Shown in pieces: positions 59,173 through 64,000 of a DNA stretch of 64,000 nucleotides. The stretch is from the human T2T-CHM13v2.0 reference genome, Homo sapiens, in NCBI RefSeq assembly GCF_009914755.1, contig NC_060947.1; one strand, 5' to 3'. Each line of letters begins with the position of its first letter. The stretch's first letter is position 1. The notes under the pieces were generated by a model that did no database searches, was not told where the DNA came from, and saw only the letters and a program-made list of their open reading frames with translations. The translations under genes were made by a program, and so were the position numbers.

Positions 59173-61681
59173 GAAAGCAAGGCTACCGCCTCTCCCCTCT
59201 CCCCTCTCCCCTCTCCCCTCTCCCTTCTCCCCTCTCCCCTCTCCCTCTCGGTCTCCCTCTCCCTCTTTCCACGGTCTCCCTCTGATGCCGAGCCGAAGCT
59301 GGACTGTACTGCTGCCATCTCGGCTCACTGCAACCTCCCTGCCTGATTCTCCTGCCTCAGCCTGCCGAGTGCCTGCGATTGCAGGCGCGCACCACCACGC
59401 CTGACTGGTTTTCGTACTTTTTTGGTGGAGACGGGGTTTCGCTGTGTTGGCCGGGCTGGTCTCCAGCTCCTAACCGTGAGTGATCCGCCAGCCTCGGCCT
59501 CCCGAGGTGCCGGGATTGCAGACGGAGTCTGGTTCACTCAGTGCTCAATGTTGCCCAGGCTGGAGTGCAGTGGCGTGATCTCAGCTCGCTACAACCTCCA
59601 TCTCCCAGCCGCCTGCCTTGGCCTCCCAAAGTGCCGATATTGCAGCCTCTGCCCGGCCGCCACCCCGTCTGGGAAGTGAGGAGCGTCTCTGCCTGGCCGC
59701 TCATCGTCTGGGACGTGAGGAGCCCCTCTGCCTGGCTGCCCAGTCTGGAAAGTGAGGAGCGTCTCTGCCCGGCCGCCATCCCATCTAGGAAGTGAGGAGC
59801 GCCTCTTCCCTGCAGCCATCCCATCTGGGAGTGAGGAGCGTCTCTGCCCGGCCGCCCATCGTCTGGGATGTGGGGAGCGCCTCTGCCCCGCCGCCCCGTC
59901 TGGGATGTGAGGAGCGCCTCTGCCCGGCTGTGACCCCGTCTGGGAGGTGAGGAGCGTCTCTGCCCAGCCGCCCCGTCTGAGAAGTGAGGAGACCCTCCGC
60001 CCAGCAACCGCCCTGTCTGAGAAGTGAGGAGCCCCTCCGCCCGGCAGCCACCCCGTCTGAGAAGTGAGGAGCCCCTCTGCCCGGCAGCCACCCCGTCTGG
60101 GAAGTGAGGAGCGTCTCCGCCCGGCAGCCGCCCCGTCCGGGAGGGAGGTGGGGAGGTCAGCCCCCTGTCCGGGAGGGAGGTGGGGGGGGTCAGCCCCCCA
60201 CCCGGCCAGCCGCCCCGTCCGGGAGGTGAGGGGCGCCTCTGCCCAGCCGCCCCTACTGGGAAGTGAGGAGCCCCTCTGCCGGGCCAGCCACCCCGTCCGG
60301 GAGGGAGGTGGGGGGCTCAGCCCCCCGCCCGGCCAGCCGCCCCCTCCGGGAGGGAGGTGGGGGGGTCAGCCCCCCACCCGGCCAGCCGCCCCATCCGGGA
60401 GGTGAGGGGCGCCTCTGCCCAGCGCCCCTACTGGGAAGTGAGGAGCCCCTCTGCCGGGCCAGCCACCCCGTCCGGGAGGGAGGTGGGGGGCTCAGCCCCC
60501 CGCCTGGCCAGCCGCCCCGTCCGGGAGGGAGGTGCGGGGATCAGCACCCCACCCGGCCAGCCGCCCCGTCCGGGAGGGAGGTGGGGGGGGTCAGCCCCCC
60601 GCCCGGCCAGCCGCACTGTCCGGGAGGGAGGTGGGGGGGTCAGCCCCCCGCCCGGCCAGCCACCCCGTCCGGGAGGTGAGGGGCGCCTCTGCCCAGCCGC
60701 CCCTACTGGGAAGTGAGGAGCCCCTCTGCCCGGCCAGCCGCCCCGTCTGGGAGGGAGGTGGGGGGGTCAGCCCCCCGCCCGGCCAGACGCCCCGTCCGGG
60801 AGGGAGGTGGGGGGGTCAGCCCCCCGCCCGGCCAGCCGCCCCGTCTGGGAGGGAGGTGGGGGGGTCAGCCCCCCGCCCGGCCAGCCGCCCTGTCCGGGAG
60901 GGAGGTGGGGGGGGTCAGCCCCCCGCCCGGCCAGCCGCCCCGTCCGGGAGGTGAGGGGCGCCTCTGCCCGGCCGCCCCTACTAGGAAGTGAGGCGCCCCT
61001 CTGCCCGGCCAGCCGCTCCGTCCGGGAGGGAGGTGGGGGGGGTCAGCCCCCCGCCCGGCCAGCCGCCCCGTCCGGGAGGTGAGGGGCGCCTCTGCCCGGC
61101 CGCCCCTTCTGGGAAGTGAGGAGCCCCTCTGCCCGGCCACCACCCCGTCTGGGAGGTGTACCCAACAGCTCATTGAGAACAGGCCGGGATGACAATGGCG
61201 GTTTTGTGGAATAGAAAGGGGGGAAAGGTGGGGAAAAGATTGAGAAATCGGATGGTTGCCGTGTCTGTGTAGAAAGAAGTAGACATGGGAGACTTTTCAT
61301 TTTGTTCTGTACTAAAATAAATTCTTCTGCATTGGGATCCTGTTGATCGGTGACCTTACCCCCAACCCTGTGCTCTCTGAAACATGTGCTGTGTCCACTC
61401 AGGGTTAAATGGATTAAGGGCGGTGCAAGATGTGCTTTGTTAAACAGATGCTTGAAGGCAGCATGCTTGTTAAGAATCATCACCACTCCCTAATCTCAAG
61501 TACCCAGGGACACAAACACTGCGGAAGGCCGCAGGGTCCTCTGCCTAGGAAAACCAGAGACCTTTGTTCACTTGTTTATCTGCCGACCTTCCCTCCACTA
61601 TTGTCCTATGACCCTGCCAAATCCCCCTCTGCGAGAAACACCCAAGAATGATCAATAAAAAAAAATAAAAATTAAAAAAAA
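59173..61681 (+). mobile_element. Full-length SVA (D-F type)
   Basis: CT-rich 5' repeat, Alu-like segment, GC-rich VNTR (~59640-61160), SINE-R, AATAAA and A-tail. TSD aaaaagtaggcaa (59160-59172 / 61682-61694). Confidence 0.96.
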
Positions 61682-62016
61682 AAAAAGTAGGCAAAAGTCA
61701 TGAACAGACATTTCTTAAAGGAAGGCATACATGCAGCCATCAAATGTATTTTAAAAAATGCTCAACATCACTAATACCAGAGAAATGTAAATCAAAACCA
61801 CAATGAGATACTATTTCATATAGGTCAGATTGGCTATTAATAAAAAGTCAAAAAGTAAAAGATGTTGGCAAAGTTGCAGAGAAAAGGGAATGCTTATACA
61901 CTGTTAGTGGGATGGTAAATTGGTTTAGCTCCTGTGGAAAGCAGTTTTGAGATTTCTCAAAGAAATAAAAATAGAATTACCATTCTACCCAGCAATCTCA
62001 TTACTAGGTATATACA

Positions 62017-62447
62017 TGATATCATTTGGATATTTGTCCCTTCCAAATTTTTTACTGAAATACGACCACCACCCCCCACCCAATGTTGGAGTTAAGGGCT
62101 GGTGGGAGGTGTGTTGGTCATGATGGCAGATCTCTCATGAATGTCTACGTGTCCCCCTCATGGTTGTGGGTAAATTCTTGCTCTGTTGGTTCATATGAGA
62201 GCTGGTGGTTGAAAAAAGCCTAGCATTTCTTTGGCTCTCTCTCTTGCTTCCTCTCTCACCATGTGATGCACCTTTTTCCCCTTCACCTTTTGCCATGATT
62301 TTAAGCTTCCTGAGGCCCTCACCAGAGCAGATCATGGCTCCATTCTTCTTGTAGTCTGTAGAATTATTAGCCAAAATAAACCTATTTTCCTTATAAGTTA
62401 CCCAGGCTCAGGTATTCCTTTACAGCAATGCAAAATGAAATAATACA
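62017..62447 (+). mobile_element. MSTB-like MaLR solo LTR
   Basis: TGATAT..TTTGGATATTTGTCCC...gtaagtt.cccaggctcaggtattcctt.acagcaa...taataCA. Confidence 0.85.
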
Positions 62448-62695
62448 TATCCAAATGAAATAAATTGTTTTACCAATAAGACACATGCACTTGTGTGTTT
62501 ATCGCAGCACTGTTCACAATAGCAGAGATATGGAATCAACCTAGGTGCCCATCAGTGGTGGATTGGATAAAGAAAGTATGGTACATATATATCATGGAAT
62601 CCTATGCAGCCATAAAAAAGAATGAAATTATGTCCTTTGCAGCAACATGGATGCAGTTAGAGGTCATTATCCTAACTGAATTAATACAAAAATAG

Positions 62696-63028
<333 letters not shown>

Positions 63029-63277
63029 TTATGTTCTCTCTTATAAGTGGGAATTAACCACTGGGTACACATAGATATAAAGGTGGGACCAATAGGCACT
63101 GGAGACTCCAAAAGAGGGGAAGGAGGGTTGAAAAACTATTTATTGGGTTCTATATTTACTATCTGGGTGATAGGATCAATTGAAGCCTAAACCTCAGCAT
63201 CATACAATATATCCATGTTAACAAACTGCATATGTATCCCCTGAATCTAAAATTTTATTTTTAAAATGAAGCTCCTT

Positions 63278-63397
63278 CCAGGTGTGGTGTCATGTGCCTG
63301 TAGTCCCAGCTAAGGCTTAAATGAGAAGATCACTTGAGCATAGGAGTTTGAGGCCAGCCTAGGCAACACATCAAGACTCCATGTCAGAAAATAAAAT
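63278..63397 (+). mobile_element. FLAM-like Alu monomer
   Basis: gtgcctgtagtcccagcta...gatcacttgagc..aggagtttgaggccagcct.ggcaaca plus an A-rich end. Confidence 0.7.
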
Positions 63398-64000
63398 GCA
63401 ACTCCCTGTTTCTCCCTGGAAGACGTTTGTGCCACTAATCAAGTGTCACAACTTTTACAGCGCCCTCCCAAAGAACCCAGTCCTAAACTTCTTAGCTCTG
63501 GGAGGAGAAAGCACTAGGCATACATGAGTCTCCTTAGATGACAGAACAAAGACGTGGTCTTAACAGGTATGCAAACATGTTTACAAATGATGCCCCCTTT
63601 GAGTAGTGTGAAAAAGGGGCAGGAATATGCAGCTCCCATTTTCTCTCCACAAGGGGTGTATGGCACACACTCCCAGTGGCTACTTGACAGCTTGAGTTCT
63701 AATAAACTTGCACTGGGGAGCCAATGGGGCAAACAAACAATAGCCCACTGGCAGCTGCAGCCAGAGCTTGGCAGTTCCTAAGCCTTTTCTCTGGCTCATC
63801 CCAGGCCTAACATTCTTCCTGGAAGAAGTTTGGCCATGCACTGTGTGCCACAACTTCTATACTCACACCCAAGAGGCTACCTTCTTAACAAACTCTCTCT
63901 GAGAGTTAATGAAGCTTTGCATTCCTTAGTGACCCTAGACAACAAAAAGCAAACAGATGGACATACGATGGGTTCACATCCAGCAGCTATCTCCTTAGGA

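Noticed and set aside
59325-61651. Many overlapping Pro/Gly/Arg-rich ORFs and a regular repeat array
   Set aside because: These are the SVA Alu-like region, VNTR and SINE-R. The GC-rich repeats lack stops; they are not genes and not a CRISPR array.

Overview
This is primate genomic DNA, almost certainly human or great ape because it carries a full-length SVA and AluY elements. It has no intact protein-coding gene and is mostly retroelement-derived. It holds three processed pseudogenes: UHRF2 (1-2361, +), DDX3 (14495-39186, +) and MKRN1 (53152-56211, -). The main structure is the DDX3 retrocopy. It carries many DDX3Y-type residues, is bounded by a 17-bp TSD, and has been stretched from mRNA size to about 24.7 kb by nested insertions. 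These insertions are a near-complete HERV-H-like provirus with env and a tRNA-Phe-like PBS, an LTR9B-like provirus with octamer motifs and a Gly-like PBS, a solo LTR, an internally deleted L1PA8, and Alus. The rest is a stack of L1 fragments, all on the + strand, plus MER57, MER9 and MSTB solo LTRs, Alus, an SVA, and a tiny L1-retroposed HERV-H LTR fragment. From memory (not verified here), the order UHRF2P-DDX3P-MKRN-P matches human Xq13.2 inside the FTX lncRNA near XIST. I found no convincing new biological system; the findings concern retrotransposition history and possible regulatory elements. Subfamily calls were made by eye against recalled consensus sequences.
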